DNA of 64,000 bases from Liolophura sinensis (lineage: Eukaryota): the NCBI RefSeq assembly GCF_032854445.1, contig NC_088295.1:28756498-28820497 (forward strand). The letters are read 5' to 3'. The position numbers and the translations under genes are program-made. Below, one piece after another: positions 1 to 10,761 of the stretch. The first letter of the stretch is position 1, and every line of letters begins with the position of its first letter. The notes under the pieces are model-generated. The model worked only from the letters and a program-made list of their open reading frames with translations. It did not search any database and was not told the origin of the DNA.

Positions 1-944
1 CTGAAGAGATCTGAACACAAGTCCTCAAACCTTGCCCGTGTGACTTTGGTGTAGAAGTCAATGCCCTCAAACAGAGCATCGATCTCAATGTTGGCATCAG
101 AACTGCTGGACAGCGTTCTCTTGGCTCGCTCACAGGCTGTGCGGAGGCGACGAATGGCACGTTTATTTCCACTGATATCTTTGTGGTGTTTTCTCTTGAA
201 CTCTTGAACGAAATGGTTGACGAGCCTGTTATCAAAATCTTCTCCACCCAGGTGAGTGTCTCCTGCAGTGGAGCGAACTTCAAACATGGATCCTTCATCT
301 ATTGTGAGGATAGACACATCAAATGTGCCACCTCCCAAGTCAAAGATGAGCACATTTTTCTCACCTTTAAGGTTTTTGTCCAGTCCGTAAGCCAGAGCAG
401 CAGCTGTAGGCTCATTGATAATCCTGAGAACATTTAGGCCAGCAATTGCTCCAGCATCTTTGGTGGCCTGTCTCTGTGAGTCATTGAAGTAGGCAGGAAC
501 CGTTATCACTGCATCCTTGACTTTCTGCCCCAGGTAAGCTTCAGCTGTCTCCTTCATTTTGGTGAGAACCATGGAACTGATTTCCTCAGGTGCAAATGTC
601 TTTTCTTCTCCCTTGTACTCGACCTGGACCCGTGGCTTGCCGTTATGGTTCACCACAGTGAAAGGCCAGTGTTTTTTGTCAGCCTGTACCAATGGATCGT
701 TGAAATCTCGGCCAATTAACCGCTTGGCGTCAAACACAGTGTTTTTGGGGTTGAGAGCCACCTGATTTTTGGCCGCATCGCCAATCAGTCTCTCACTGTC
801 TGTGAATGCCACATAGCTGGGTGTTGTTCGGTTTCCCTGTTCATTGGCGATGATTTCGACTTTCCCATGCTGGAACACTCCAACACAGGAATATGTCGTT
901 CCCAGATCTATGCCAATCGCTGTAGATTTCGTACCTGCTGGCAT
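1..944 (-). CDS. hsp70: Cytosolic heat-shock protein 70 (HSP70/HSPA family). This is the N-terminal 314 codons (nucleotide-binding domain and the start of the substrate-binding domain). There is no intron in the window. The 3' end lies beyond position 1.
   Basis: Minus-strand translation from the ATG (reverse complement of positions 942-944) gives [66 protein letters not shown]...[12 protein letters not shown]...[16 protein letters not shown]..., with no stop codon through the window edge. These are diagnostic HSP70 ATPase-domain motifs ([23 protein letters not shown]). The six-frame track did not list this ORF because it has no stop inside the window. Confidence 0.93.
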   Translation of the reverse strand, partial: MPAGTKSTAIGIDLGTTYSCVGVFQHGKVEIIANEQGNRTTPSYVAFTDSERLIGDAAKNQVALNPKNTVFDAKRLIGRDFNDPLVQADKKHWPFTVVNHNGKPRVQVEYKGEEKTFAPEEISSMVLTKMKETAEAYLGQKVKDAVITVPAYFNDSQRQATKDAGAIAGLNVLRIINEPTAAALAYGLDKNLKGEKNVLIFDLGGGTFDVSILTIDEGSMFEVRSTAGDTHLGGEDFDNRLVNHFVQEFKRKHHKDISGNKRAIRRLRTACERAKRTLSSSSDANIEIDALFEGIDFYTKVTRARFEDLCSDLF

Positions 945-1110
945 CTTTTCTGTCGCTGTATTAAACTTACAGTTGTTGTTGTTGCACACAGTAGAAAAAT
1001 CGCTGCAGTCGGCGAATGAAAGTCGTGAACTACGGTGGTTCGTCTCTCTTCAGATATGTCTCTGATCGCTTGTGTCTATTATTCTGACAGGCAGCCTCCC
1101 TGTGAGCCAT

Positions 1111-1118
1111 ATTTATAT
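1111..1118 (-). promoter_or_regulatory. TATA box of the hsp70 promoter (TATAAAT on the minus strand)
   Basis: The plus strand reads ccATATTTATAtgtg, so the minus strand reads cacaTATAAATAtgg. It lies about 170 bp upstream of the hsp70 ATG, which implies a 5' UTR of about 140 nt. Confidence 0.6.
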
Positions 1119-1131
1119 GTGTTGAGGTAAT

Positions 1132-1143
1132 TTCCAGAAAGTT
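1132..1143. promoter_or_regulatory. Proximal heat-shock element (imperfect: TTCcaGAAagTTa) next to the TATA box
   Basis: The sequence is an alternating nTTCnnGAAnnTTn pentamer array. Its third unit is degenerate (TTA). Confidence 0.45.
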
Positions 1144-1234
1144 AGAGGAGGGACTAGAACCATGCGCTGAGATGAATACCAATGACTGGCTTGTTTACAC
1201 CACGTGATACCCTTTGTCCTGCCGGGAAAAGACG

Positions 1235-1252
1235 CTAGAAGCTTCCGGAAAT
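1235..1252. promoter_or_regulatory. Distal heat-shock element: a perfect three-unit palindromic HSE (ctaGAAgcTTCcgGAAat)
   Basis: The sequence matches nGAAnnTTCnnGAAn exactly. It is preceded by a GGGAAaaGA half-site. A CACGTG E-box lies at 1201-1206 and a CCAAT box at 1179-1183. Confidence 0.65.
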
Positions 1253-1949
1253 GCACGAGCTAAAATAAGCACTGTGGCTCTATTTTTAGACATGTTCAGA
1301 CGGCGAGATGGCTACAAAAGTTGTAACTGGTGTGTGATTAAACCCATTGCAATGCTGATTTCACGACTGGAGAAAGTTCTATGCATTTCACAACTGTGTA
1401 CAAATCAGATTAGCGCGTTGGCAAGTGATCATGATTCTAGAAAGTTTGCAAAACTCTACCAGCTCTGTTGGTGTCAGCTTCGCCATCTCGATCTCCACAT
1501 ACTAAACGCTGAGGTCTATTTTCAACAATGTTTGAAATCTACCTGCATCAGATATCAGAAATTATTAAAAATAAACCTCAACCTTTAAATTAATTGAACT
1601 ACATACTGCGATATTGGTGTTACATCCAGACCTATTAGACATGACTCAGCCTGTGTACTTGTTCATTACACATTGCACACAGGAAAGTTCAGCGAGTGGA
1701 ACCTGCATGATTCCATCTGAAATTAAATCAGACTTATTTAGCCCATCATGCATAAACCTATACTATCTCCACGGTAGGCTATTCTAATCTATCGATTCTA
1801 TCTTGGACAAATTCTATGTATAGCAGACGGAAGGCTAGCTATATTTATAGTATCCGACCAGTTCCTCGCAATGACCAGGTGATAAATAAAATGGAGCTAA
1901 ATAGCCGAAATGCTGATTTTTGCCGATTTCCAAAGTTTAGCGAGTTATT

Positions 1950-2130
1950 GGACAATAAAGCTATCATATTGGAAGGCTATGCATATCTGAATACTTTTCC
2001 AGAAAAAAATTCATACCTAAAAGCTATATTTTTCATTATTCATGCTAAAATCTTATTAATTCATTCCTCTATCTCACCTGAGTTAAAATCGGTTTGTTTT
2101 CACCGCCAACACTCTAATCACGTGACTAAA
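1950..2130 (+). repeat. Dispersed repeat family A, copy 1 (about 180 bp, unclassified, carries CACGTGA). It lies between hsp70 and UHRF1.
   Basis: About 75% identity with 26125-26320 across ...ttttccagaaaNaaattc...aaagctatattNttcaNtattcatgctaaaatNt...cggttNgtttgttttaacc...tNNtcacgtga[c/g]taaaga...gc[g/a]gctatga. Confidence 0.6.
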
Positions 2131-2639
2131 GAGTGTGCAAATGACAGGCCCAAAGCGGCTATGAATACGTACGTACAAATCCCATACAGATATAAACAGT
2201 TTATGCTTCCGAGCAGTATATTTCAAACAAAAGTACACCCAATATGTGATCTCCAGTTAAAAAAGCTCTAAAATATGAAAACAGAACATAAACGTCTCGT
2301 ATAATACAAGGGTGGGCACTCAAGCACATGCAATATGTATACTAACAATGTGTGAAAAATATTTTCACATTTCAACCGAAGCAATTTTTTCTACGGGGTC
2401 AAGCTGTGTTTTGCAGTCAGCTGTAGGCCTAATCTGAAGTACATTATAACTTTGTAGTGCCGCCCGGCATTTCAACTTGTACAAAAATTATAATACTTTG
2501 ACACTCTAGTATAATCAATGCCTATATAAGACTTCTTTGGTGACCTGTCTTTTTCAGATTACTGTAAGAAAGTTATACAATCGGCAAATGGTTTTAAATG
2601 TGATACAAAAATGTTGTTACCGGTACAACTAATTTGTTC

Positions 2640-2810
2640 CTGGAAGGGCGGGAGGTTGGTGGGGGGCGCATTTCGTGCATTCATGTTAATTATTGGAAAG
2701 TCCGGGGTTAAAATCACACAGGTAATTCACCTCTCCACACACTGGGATAGCCTTTTCGTCGCATCGTGGAGAATACTTCGTGAAAATTCCCGCCAAAATC
2801 ACACGTGCCA
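2640..2810 (+). promoter_or_regulatory. Candidate UHRF1 core promoter: GC box (GGGCGGG, 2646-2652), E2F-type site (TTCCCGCCAAAA, 2787-2798) and CACGTG E-box (2802-2807). All lie 110-270 bp upstream of the UHRF1 ATG.
   Basis: Motifs read directly from the sequence. The reverse complement of 2787-2798 is TTTTGGCGGGAA, the classic E2F recognition sequence. This is the local G+C/CpG-rich patch in an otherwise AT-rich intergenic region. Confidence 0.4.
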
Positions 2811-2917
2811 CAAGGTCAGCGTTGTTGTTTTCCTGGATTTCCGGTGTTGAAGGAGGTTATGCGAAGTGGCACCTGTAATAATTTTTAGATTTCTGTGCAA
2901 ACTTTTCACGTTGCATC

Positions 2918-3070
2918 ATGTGGATCCAGGTGAGAACGTTTGACGGGAAGAAGTGCGTGCGAGTTGACAGCTTGTCGAAGCTGACGAAGGTTGAGGAACT
3001 GAGAGAAAAGCTGGTGGCACCGTTCGATGCGCCCCCGGAGAGACAGAGGTTGTTTTACCGGGGAAAACAG
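2918..3070 (+). CDS. UHRF1: UHRF1 exon 1 (ubiquitin-like domain, N-terminal part): [51 protein letters not shown]
   Basis: The ATG is at 2918. There are 51 codons. A GT donor follows at 3071. The sequence aligns residue-for-residue with the vertebrate UHRF1 N-terminus (MWIQVRTMDG...RLFYRGKQ). Confidence 0.88.
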
Positions 3071-4751
3071 GTTCGTGGATCAATTGCCTGTTCGTGAACA
3101 TAATGTAGAATTGCAGTGCATTTTTTCACGTCACATAGATGCGTTGTCACATCACACCACCACTCTGTCATCAAGGTGTAATTCAGAGTATGAACAGGCA
3201 TAATCTGTTCTTCAATTCCTTCTCCTCGTTGGAAAATAAACACCTCTTGAGCTTTCACTCACGCAGCCTATCTCACGAAAAAGCATGCAAGCAGATAAGT
3301 TATGGATCAAAGATATCGTATCGAGCAAAGATTATAAAGAGGGCTTCCTGCTTTCAAGCCGGGATCTTAAATCTTCAAAGTGTGAAGTGTGGGGGATTAG
3401 GCCTATATTCCATTTTGTCAAGATATCAAGGCCTACCTCTTTAAGCCATCTAGATGCACTTGGTGTGCTATTGTAAAATTCTGACGTTCATCGTAATTTG
3501 TTAGAGAGTTCATCGCCGACTCTCAAACAAATCGCTGCATATGTGCACACTCCAACTCGATGGAGGCAGTAAGAGAGATGTGCGCTCACGCCACCCAAAC
3601 TTACCTGCACTAAAAATACAAGTTCTTTTCTATGCCTTTTTGGATTGAACTAAGAAGGTTGAAGTTGTTCTAGGAGACGGCAATCGAAACATAATAGTTT
3701 TTTTGAGGATTTCAATACCAAAACTCAGTTGCATTTCAAACCCAGAAGTAAGTCATGTGACACTTCAAAATGGCTGTCAACAGAGAGACACTTGGTACCC
3801 CTGAAGTTCTAGCAATGACTGTGACGACCACTCAGTGAGTTGATTAGTTTCATAGGTGAAGACAGTATTTTAAGAGGATAGTATTAGAGATTTCAACATA
3901 AGATTACATATGAATGATCAGAGAGTAGGTTATTTAGAGTGCCATACATGGGGAAGAGATGGGAGCTTGAAATCTGCGCCATGTTTTTTGAGAGGTGTTG
4001 ATGGAGTCAGTGTTACGATGAATATCAGAATTTTAAAATATCACAAGGAGTCCATCTAGATAAACTACCTTGTATTTTAATCCTTGAAGACACAAAAAGT
4101 TCTGAGGTGAATACCATTTCTGGCACATTGGTTTGCTGTCATTTCAATCTGCCATAACTGGAAATTTGATTGGTAGCATGTTAAAGTGACAGACTGAAAG
4201 TAACAGACTGATGTGCTCAGGCTATCTGTAGGACTGTACTGTCCAAAATCAAGAAAGCTTTGAAGCATAAACCCACCTCAAACTTTTCAGTTTTCTGAAA
4301 ATAGTTTTATAGTTAAATGTATGCTGTCAACCGTGGAAGTGTATTCCCTGTAATCTGTGACGTTTACCACAAAAGACAAATGTGCAGTTCTCGAAATTCT
4401 CCAACTACTGGATAGGCTGATGATCTGCAGAACAACTGACTGCGGCGCTGGCGTCGAATTACCCTGGTAACACCTGGCACGCCTCATTTACGATGAATCA
4501 CCTTGTAGCCAATGCATGAGGCAATGTAGCTAGGGTGGCGCGGTCAGTTCTTAAATAACTCCAAGGCTAACAGAGCTCTCCTTATGTAGTGCCCTTACAA
4601 CTGGAACCCTTCCACATGTTTAGTAGAGAATCATTCCCAAAGTTATCTGGAGTGTAGCTAGACACATCAAGGCCATTATAGGTGAACTATCTTTAACTGT
4701 AATCCAGCTGTTGCAGCTAAACACTTGACTGACGTTGGTTCAAATACTATG

Positions 4752-5031
4752 CTTGGCCTCCATGGGCCTCTTGTGACCAAGGTGATTAGCATGCCAGCGT
4801 GGTGCAATAGCCAGGAGCCTCCCACCTATGCGGCTGCTGTGAGGTCAAGTCCAGCTCCAGCCATAAGTGGCCGTACGTGGGAAGGTCTGCCAGCAACCTG
4901 CGGATGGTCGTGGGTTTCCGCCGGCCTCTGCCCGGTTTCCACCCACCATAATGCTGGCCGCCGTCATATAAGTGAAATATTCTTGAGTACAGCGTAAAAC
5001 ACCAATCAAAAAAAAAAAAAAAAAAAAAAAA
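4752..5031 (+). mobile_element. tRNA-derived SINE, near full-length copy with a 30-nt poly-A tail. It lies in UHRF1 intron 1.
   Basis: The head has A-box-like and B-box-like (GTCAAGTCC) motifs. The conserved core is ...ccataatgctggccgccgtcatataagtgaaatattcttgagtacagcgtaaaacaccaatcaaa followed by A30. Confidence 0.8.
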
Positions 5032-5190
5032 ATCCAGCCGCAAGTGGGAAGGTCTTGCAGCAACCTGCAGATTGTTGTGGGTTTCCTACGGGCTCTGTCT
5101 GGTTTCCTCCCGCCATAACGCCTGCTGCCGTCATCTAAGTGAAATATTCTTGAGTATGGGGTAAAACACTAATCAAATAAATAAATATGT
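5032..5190 (+). mobile_element. SINE, 5'-truncated copy with an (AAAT)n tail. It sits in tandem immediately after the previous copy.
   Basis: The sequence is tccagccgcaagtgggaaggtc...gtgaaatattcttgagtatggggtaaaacactaatcaaataaataaat. Confidence 0.75.
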
Positions 5191-5264
5191 TTGGCCTCCG
5201 TCTCAAGCTAAATCCATGGATATGAATATGCCAATAACATGTGTGTGTACATTCTACATTGCAG

Positions 5265-5447
5265 ATGGAAGATGGCCACTCGCTGTTTGACTACAGTGTG
5301 GGTTTGAATGACCTCATCCAGATAATGGTGAGGAACCCCCAGCCTGTAAAGCAAACCTCTGAGGACAAGACAGATGACCCCAAACGTAATAATGGCTACT
5401 CAAGCAGTGGGGAGGAAAGCAACTCTTCTGACAAAGAAAACAAACAG
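5265..5447 (+). CDS. UHRF1: UHRF1 exon 2 (rest of the UBL domain plus a Ser/Asp/Glu-rich linker): MEDGHSLFDYSVGLNDLIQIMVRN...SDKENKQ
   Basis: The acceptor is ttgcAG|ATGGAA and the donor is CAG|GTGAAC. The exon is phase 0 at both ends. It matches vertebrate [24 protein letters not shown]. Confidence 0.85.
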
Positions 5448-5695
5448 GTGAACAGGTTCAAATGACATTGCTTTGATCACTATCACTTTGGTCACTATCA
5501 CTTTGATCACTTCTGTAGTAGTTGATTATAATTGAATGACATGTTGGAGGTGCTTGACTTTTAGTGTTGATTTCTTGTCTTGCTTTCAATTCTGTGTAAC
5601 CCATCTCTGTAGAACTGTAACTTTTCACAGAAAAAAATTGTCTCTGATCCGATGTTGGTTAGTTTGGGTTGCTACATGTGTTGATATGTTTGCAG

Positions 5696-5782
5696 CCTAT
5701 TGAAACAAAACCCTCTACAAGTCAAAATGAAGCCATGGAAACTGACGAGGAGGTGTTGGGGACTGAAGGAAGTTTATTTAAG
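5696..5782 (+). CDS. UHRF1: UHRF1 exon 3 (acidic linker: PIETKPSTSQNEAMETDEEVLGTEGSLFK)
   Basis: The acceptor is tgtttgcAG and the donor is AAG|GTAAAG. It is 29 codons long. ...DEEVLGTEGSLFK corresponds to vertebrate ...DETELGLYK. Confidence 0.8.
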
Positions 5783-8482
5783 GTAAAGTGAGATTTCTGT
5801 CATTGTGACTTGTGGCAGGGCAGGTCTTTATTTTCGTAATTCTTTACCAGAATCTAAAGGGATTCCCGTAGGGTTGCTTTGCGGGAATCCACCCGAATGT
5901 AGGTCAAATCTAGTACCACAAAGAATGCTGTTACTCAAAGTTTTAATATGTGGCATATAAAATCAAACACTTTTGGGGATTCCGGGTGACACAAATATCA
6001 CGATACAGGAGTAGAAATAAGCCCCATAAATCAGAAAGGGGGCAGGGCCAGTTGACTTGGAAATCAATTGGCCCTTTCCCCATTCCCAATAAAGTTTTGA
6101 CAATGTGGGTTGATCTGATGTATATAGTTTATTATTATCTTTGTTCAAAGGATTTCATGATTACTGGTTACTGATGACATTTTTAAGAAGTTCAGGTACT
6201 AGAGGCTTGTAACCAAGAAATCAGCTGTGAATATTGGGTAAGATGTTGGTGGGCAAGACAGCCTCGCATAGACCCTATTAGTAAAATATAAACCATCAGT
6301 TCAGCTACAAAAGTCCTCTGTATCTGATTGACTAGCTGACATTTGAAATAGATTTGCTACACAGCTGTGACATTTGACAGTAGCATACCACAATAAAATC
6401 TTACGTTCAGTTCTGAAACTCCAGTGTAGATACGATCAAATTTACAAGCAAACTATTGTTCCGATTTATGTCGCTTTCATTGTTTCATGGCCGTTTAATT
6501 CATTTGCTACCACAATGTCCCAAGGCCCCCGCTACTGCAATCCTGTTCACCGCTTGGTCCCCAGCAGGCCACAGCAGAAATACAATTTTGCACTAAAAAT
6601 TCGAATTTTTTGTTTTATTTTTTTCTGGATAATTCAGTGATCAGCTTTTCGGTGGCAGTTGGTATTTTTGCTCGCTGTTGTGTGTAAACATAAAATTAAT
6701 GGCTTTATTAGAACTGTGTATCTCGCGATTTTAGTAAACTTGCAATAAAAAACGGTGTCAGAGCTTGAAAATTGGTTGTTTCCGTAGGTGGCGTTACAGT
6801 TTCCGATTGTTCAGATTCGCATCTCGTTAATTCTGGAGCGTAGTTGACCTAAAGTTAATTCCTTTCCACTTGGTTGGAAGACTCTTCTATGTCACTGCTA
6901 ACATCTGAAACCGAAATATCCGAATCGAAATCCTCCCAAATGTCTTCATTCGTAAAGCCCTCGAAATCGTCGTCTGTACTTGAGTCCGCCATTTTGGCAA
7001 AAACTCATAGAAAGGCGTCAGATCTTTTCCACATTTTTTCGCGCCATTTTATCGCTTGCAACCAATGAAAATCTGCGAACACAGCTTGTGTGGCTTCCAT
7101 AGGATCTCATAAAGCTCCCCAAAAATCCGAATTTCCGTGCAAAATTAGACCAGTCAGAGGTAGTGTATTACGCGTCTTGAGCCACTTGCCGGGAAATAAG
7201 GTCTTGTGAAATGTGCGGCTTGAGCCGCACACGGGGACCAAGGGGTATGGCTAGGCTGCAGCTAACGGCGCTCCCAGTGGCAAAAGAGTTAATAGCCAAC
7301 AAAGTATTTTTACAAAAATGTCTTCACACACCCCTTTTCATAGCTATATGTTCATTACTTTGCAATCTTCTCATTAGTTTTGGATATGTGTCAGTTTTAA
7401 TTGTCCGAATTGTCCGATGGTCAGAACCACTACCACTGCTGTAGCTATCAAACGGCCATTGCCTTGTTGTACACAGGTGGCATTTCAACAATTTAGAAGC
7501 TCATTCATTGGTCCACAGGAGAGACACAGCCAGTGGGATAGCCTGTATCATAGTAGCATTCACTAGAAACCAGCACGTTGTCTATTTTTTTTCACTTTTA
7601 CCTGCGTGCCAAAGATGGATCAAACTAAAGACTAATGAACTTCCTCTTTGTTTACCCACCATGCCTTATTTCATCAGAGTTTGTGTACACATTTAAAGCC
7701 CTTATTTTCCCTCCCTGCTGTAAAAATGTAGCTTGGCCCGCCAGACTTTCTTATCCCATCTCTTACCCACCACGTCAAAGTTTTCACAATCAGCGAGCCA
7801 GCAGTTATTTTGACCCTTGCTGTAATTCATTACATGTCAGTTTATGCTAAAGAATTCGCTTGCAATGGAAAATTACAAATTTGTTCACAGTTTATTTTGA
7901 TCTCCGTTCGTCAGTATAGACACGCATTATGACGATGTTAATGGTTGTACGTCCTCTTATTGAGAGTAGGGATAGTTATGAATTGGAAATTGGAGAACAG
8001 TTGGTCATTTTCAGAATCATTTTTGTGACTTTCTTATTTGGTTTATGGGAGTCATGGAATCCGATTCCTAGATTCCTAGATTCCTGTCGAAAGTAAAGCC
8101 CTGCAGGCTTAAGCGTCATCTGAATATTAGAGAAGTAATGGTTGTATTGTTTTTTTAACACCTCAAACCCTTTTGGTTATAGGCATATGTATCTGTCTGC
8201 TCCATTGGCTACTGATAATTTGGAACAAATTCCTCAATGGTGTATCGTTTATTCTTATATGAATGGAAAGCGTGTTGAAAATTATTTTGTGGATGTAAGA
8301 GGATATTTTATTGAGTTATGCTCCTTTATTCAATTGTCTGATTTTGTCCTGCTTTATTTCACTACCAGCCAACTGGATTACACCAAGTTCTGTGATGTTG
8401 GAACTCTTGTAAGATGAGCCAGAGTGTCCAGGGGTTTTGGTTAGCGCAATATTGTGTTATCTGTTTGCATTCTTTTCACTAG

Positions 8483-9021
8483 ATTGGAGATATTGTGGAT
8501 GCTCGTGACGTTACCATGGGAGCATGGTTTGAAGCGAAGATCATGAAAATCAGACGGGCGGAACCTGATGATGATTGTGAAGAACCTCTGGCCACACCGT
8601 TAGAAAGTTGGGACGATGAAAATGTGCCAAAGTTATCTGAAACAGACAACAATGTTACAAAGAGCGAAACAGAAAACAATGTGAAAACAGAAGAGCAAAA
8701 GACCTCTGCTTCAGAAATTGAAACAGAGGAGAACTCCAAACAGGGAGACAACCCTACAAGAAGTGATATTACTGACAAAGTCACAGAAAATTCAGAATCC
8801 AAACCAGCTGATTCAGACAAATCCAACCCAGACGAAGTTAAAAAGGAAAACCTAGATGAATCAAACAATAACAATGTAGATGAATCAGATAAAGTGCAGC
8901 AAGAGTTGGAGAATGTGTTGAAAGAAACAGTGGTTGTTAAATCTGACATTACATCTACAAAACCTGCCATACATGTGTGTGATACAAATGATGGCTTTGT
9001 CTATTCTGTGCAGTATGAAGG
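8483..9021 (+). CDS. UHRF1: UHRF1 exon 4 (first Tudor domain of the tandem Tudor, with a long acidic low-complexity insertion)
   Basis: The acceptor is cactAG|ATTGGA and the donor is GG|GTAAGT. It is 539 nt long and ends in phase 2. IGDIVDARDVTMGAWFEAKIMKIRR matches vertebrate [25 protein letters not shown], and FVYSVQYEG matches VIYHVKYDD. This exon is listed in the six-frame track as ORF 8495-9025. Confidence 0.85.
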
Positions 9022-9744
9022 GTAAGTAAAGCAGAGTGGGTACATTTTTCATTCTTTATATTTTTTTACATTGTCGAAAATTGGACTGTAATACTGCAAT
9101 TGTTGAGTTAAACCCCAATCATTCATTCTTTCATTTTCTATAATTCAAAAGTTTGTCTATATTTTGAGTGAATCATTCTGTGGAACAAATTACCAACAAA
9201 TTTTCCTCGCACAACAGGTGCTGCTGCAGTAAATTAGGACTTCAGTGACACGAATCTTAGGCCACATTAAATATGTTGTGTGCTGCAGTTTCATCTATGA
9301 CATATAAGGTCTACTCGCCGTTGTGTGAGACTGTTAAAGCTGCAGTGGAATGTAAAATGTCACTGAAAAGATGTACAGTGAAACCTAACATCTTGACAAT
9401 ACCGACCATACTGCTTGGTTCACTTTTATCTCTATTTTCAACTCGTGTTAAAACTTGTCTATTCTGAAAACTCATAGGGGTTTCCAGCCCACATTATATC
9501 AAGTGCATGTAAATCCACTTTGCACAATGCGGACAACCTGCACAGCTTGTTGCTGGACTTTGTTCACTGCTCACTGGAGAGCTTTTAGCAAAGGGTCATA
9601 GTCCAAATAGCTAGTTCATCAGGCAGTGACAACCGTTCTTTAAAACATAACTTCACATCAGAAAACTTCTTACATTACATAAGGTGTTCGTTCACAGCTG
9701 AGAACAGCAAATCAGGATGTTCGTAACGATTTATTCATTTAATT

Positions 9745-9830
9745 GATTGGTGTTTTATGCCATTCTCAAAAATATTTCACTTATACGACAGAGTCCAGCG
9801 TTATGATGGGAGGATCAGTAATGAATATAT
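9745..9830 (-). mobile_element. SINE 3' fragment (minus orientation)
   Basis: The sequence ttgattggtgttttatgccattctcaaaaatatttcacttatacgacag...ggaggatc is the reverse complement of the SINE 3' core. Confidence 0.55.
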
Positions 9831-9966
9831 ACTGGAGTTTGAATTGACTTTGAACTCAATTCTTCGCTATGAAGAGGACATGTTAGCATGTCAACTGCTG
9901 ATTTTCTGGTTTAATGATCTTTTTACATTTTATTGCTTATAAATATGATTCTATATTTAAATTGAT

Positions 9967-10207
9967 GGCCTCTGTGGCTAGCGTGCCAGTGTGACACAAT
10001 GGCCCAGGAGCCTCTTGTCAATGCAGTCTCTGTGAATTCCCGTCCAGCTCATGCTGGCTTGGCCGGGGGAAGGTCTGACAGTAACCTGCGTATGGTTGTT
10101 GGTATCCCCGAGCCAAGTTTCCTCCCACCGTAATGCTGGCCTCTGTATAAGTCAAATATTCTTGAGTATGGCATAAAACACCAGTCATGTAAAGAAATAA
10201 ATAAACA
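9967..10207 (+). mobile_element. SINE, near full-length copy (UHRF1 intron 4)
   Basis: The sequence runs from ggcctctgtggctagcgtgcc...aatggcccaggagcctcttgtcaatgc through gtcaaatattcttgagtatggcataaaacaccagtcatg to an AAAT-type tail. Confidence 0.75.
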
Positions 10208-10481
10208 TAAAAATGTAATGAAACAAAACACTGTAGTAACTTTTGACTGTAAAGTTATTACATTTTCAGATTTAAGTTTACCATTCATTTAATTCCTGGA
10301 GCGATTTTATGATTGCTGTTGCTGCACAAACCAGCTTCTTGATTTACACAAATTTTACCTTATTACCTAACACTTCGAACTTCAGGCATTTGTTAGGAAC
10401 ATAAAAATGCTGAACAGGGAATGTGCTAAGTTGATTTTTACTACCAAGTTCTAAGAAACTGTTCCTAAACTGCAAGGTGCA

Positions 10482-10699
10482 GGGCCTGTGTGGCAGTATT
10501 GTTTAGTGCGTAGTGGAGCGTAATGACCCAGGAGCCCCTCACCGGTGCGGTTTCTGTGAGTTCTTGTCCAGCTCATGCTGGCTTCCTCTCCAGCTGTACA
10601 TAAGGCCTTCCAGTAACATGTGGATGGTTGTGGGTTTTCCCCTAACATAATGCTGGCTGCTGGCTAAAACACCAGTCAAGTTAATAAAATAAATTAAAC
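10482..10699 (+). mobile_element. SINE, with a tRNA-like head and an internal deletion of part of the 3' core
   Basis: The sequence is gggcctgtgtggcag...gcgtaatgacccaggagcccctcaccggtgcggtttctgtgagttcttgtccagctcatgctggcttcctctcc...aacaccagtcaagttaataaaataaattaaa. Confidence 0.7.
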
Positions 10700-10761
10700 T
10701 GCGAGTTTTAAGAAAGGGTCAAGAATATCTTTATGAGACATCGTTACTTGGTTTGTGGCAG

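Noticed and set aside
183-1065. Plus-strand ORFs (183-437, 559-765, 844-1065) listed in the six-frame track
   Set aside because: They are antisense to the strongly supported HSP70 coding sequence on the minus strand. They have no recognisable protein features.
1214-1588. A 124-aa plus-strand ORF overlapping the hsp70 promoter region
   Set aside because: It overlaps the hsp70 promoter (the HSEs), and I see no conservation signal. It is most likely a chance ORF in AT-rich intergenic DNA.
8479-8970. A 163-aa minus-strand ORF
   Set aside because: It is exactly antisense to the conserved UHRF1 exon 4. Its Ser/Leu-rich, low-complexity translation is a by-product of the GA-rich sense strand.
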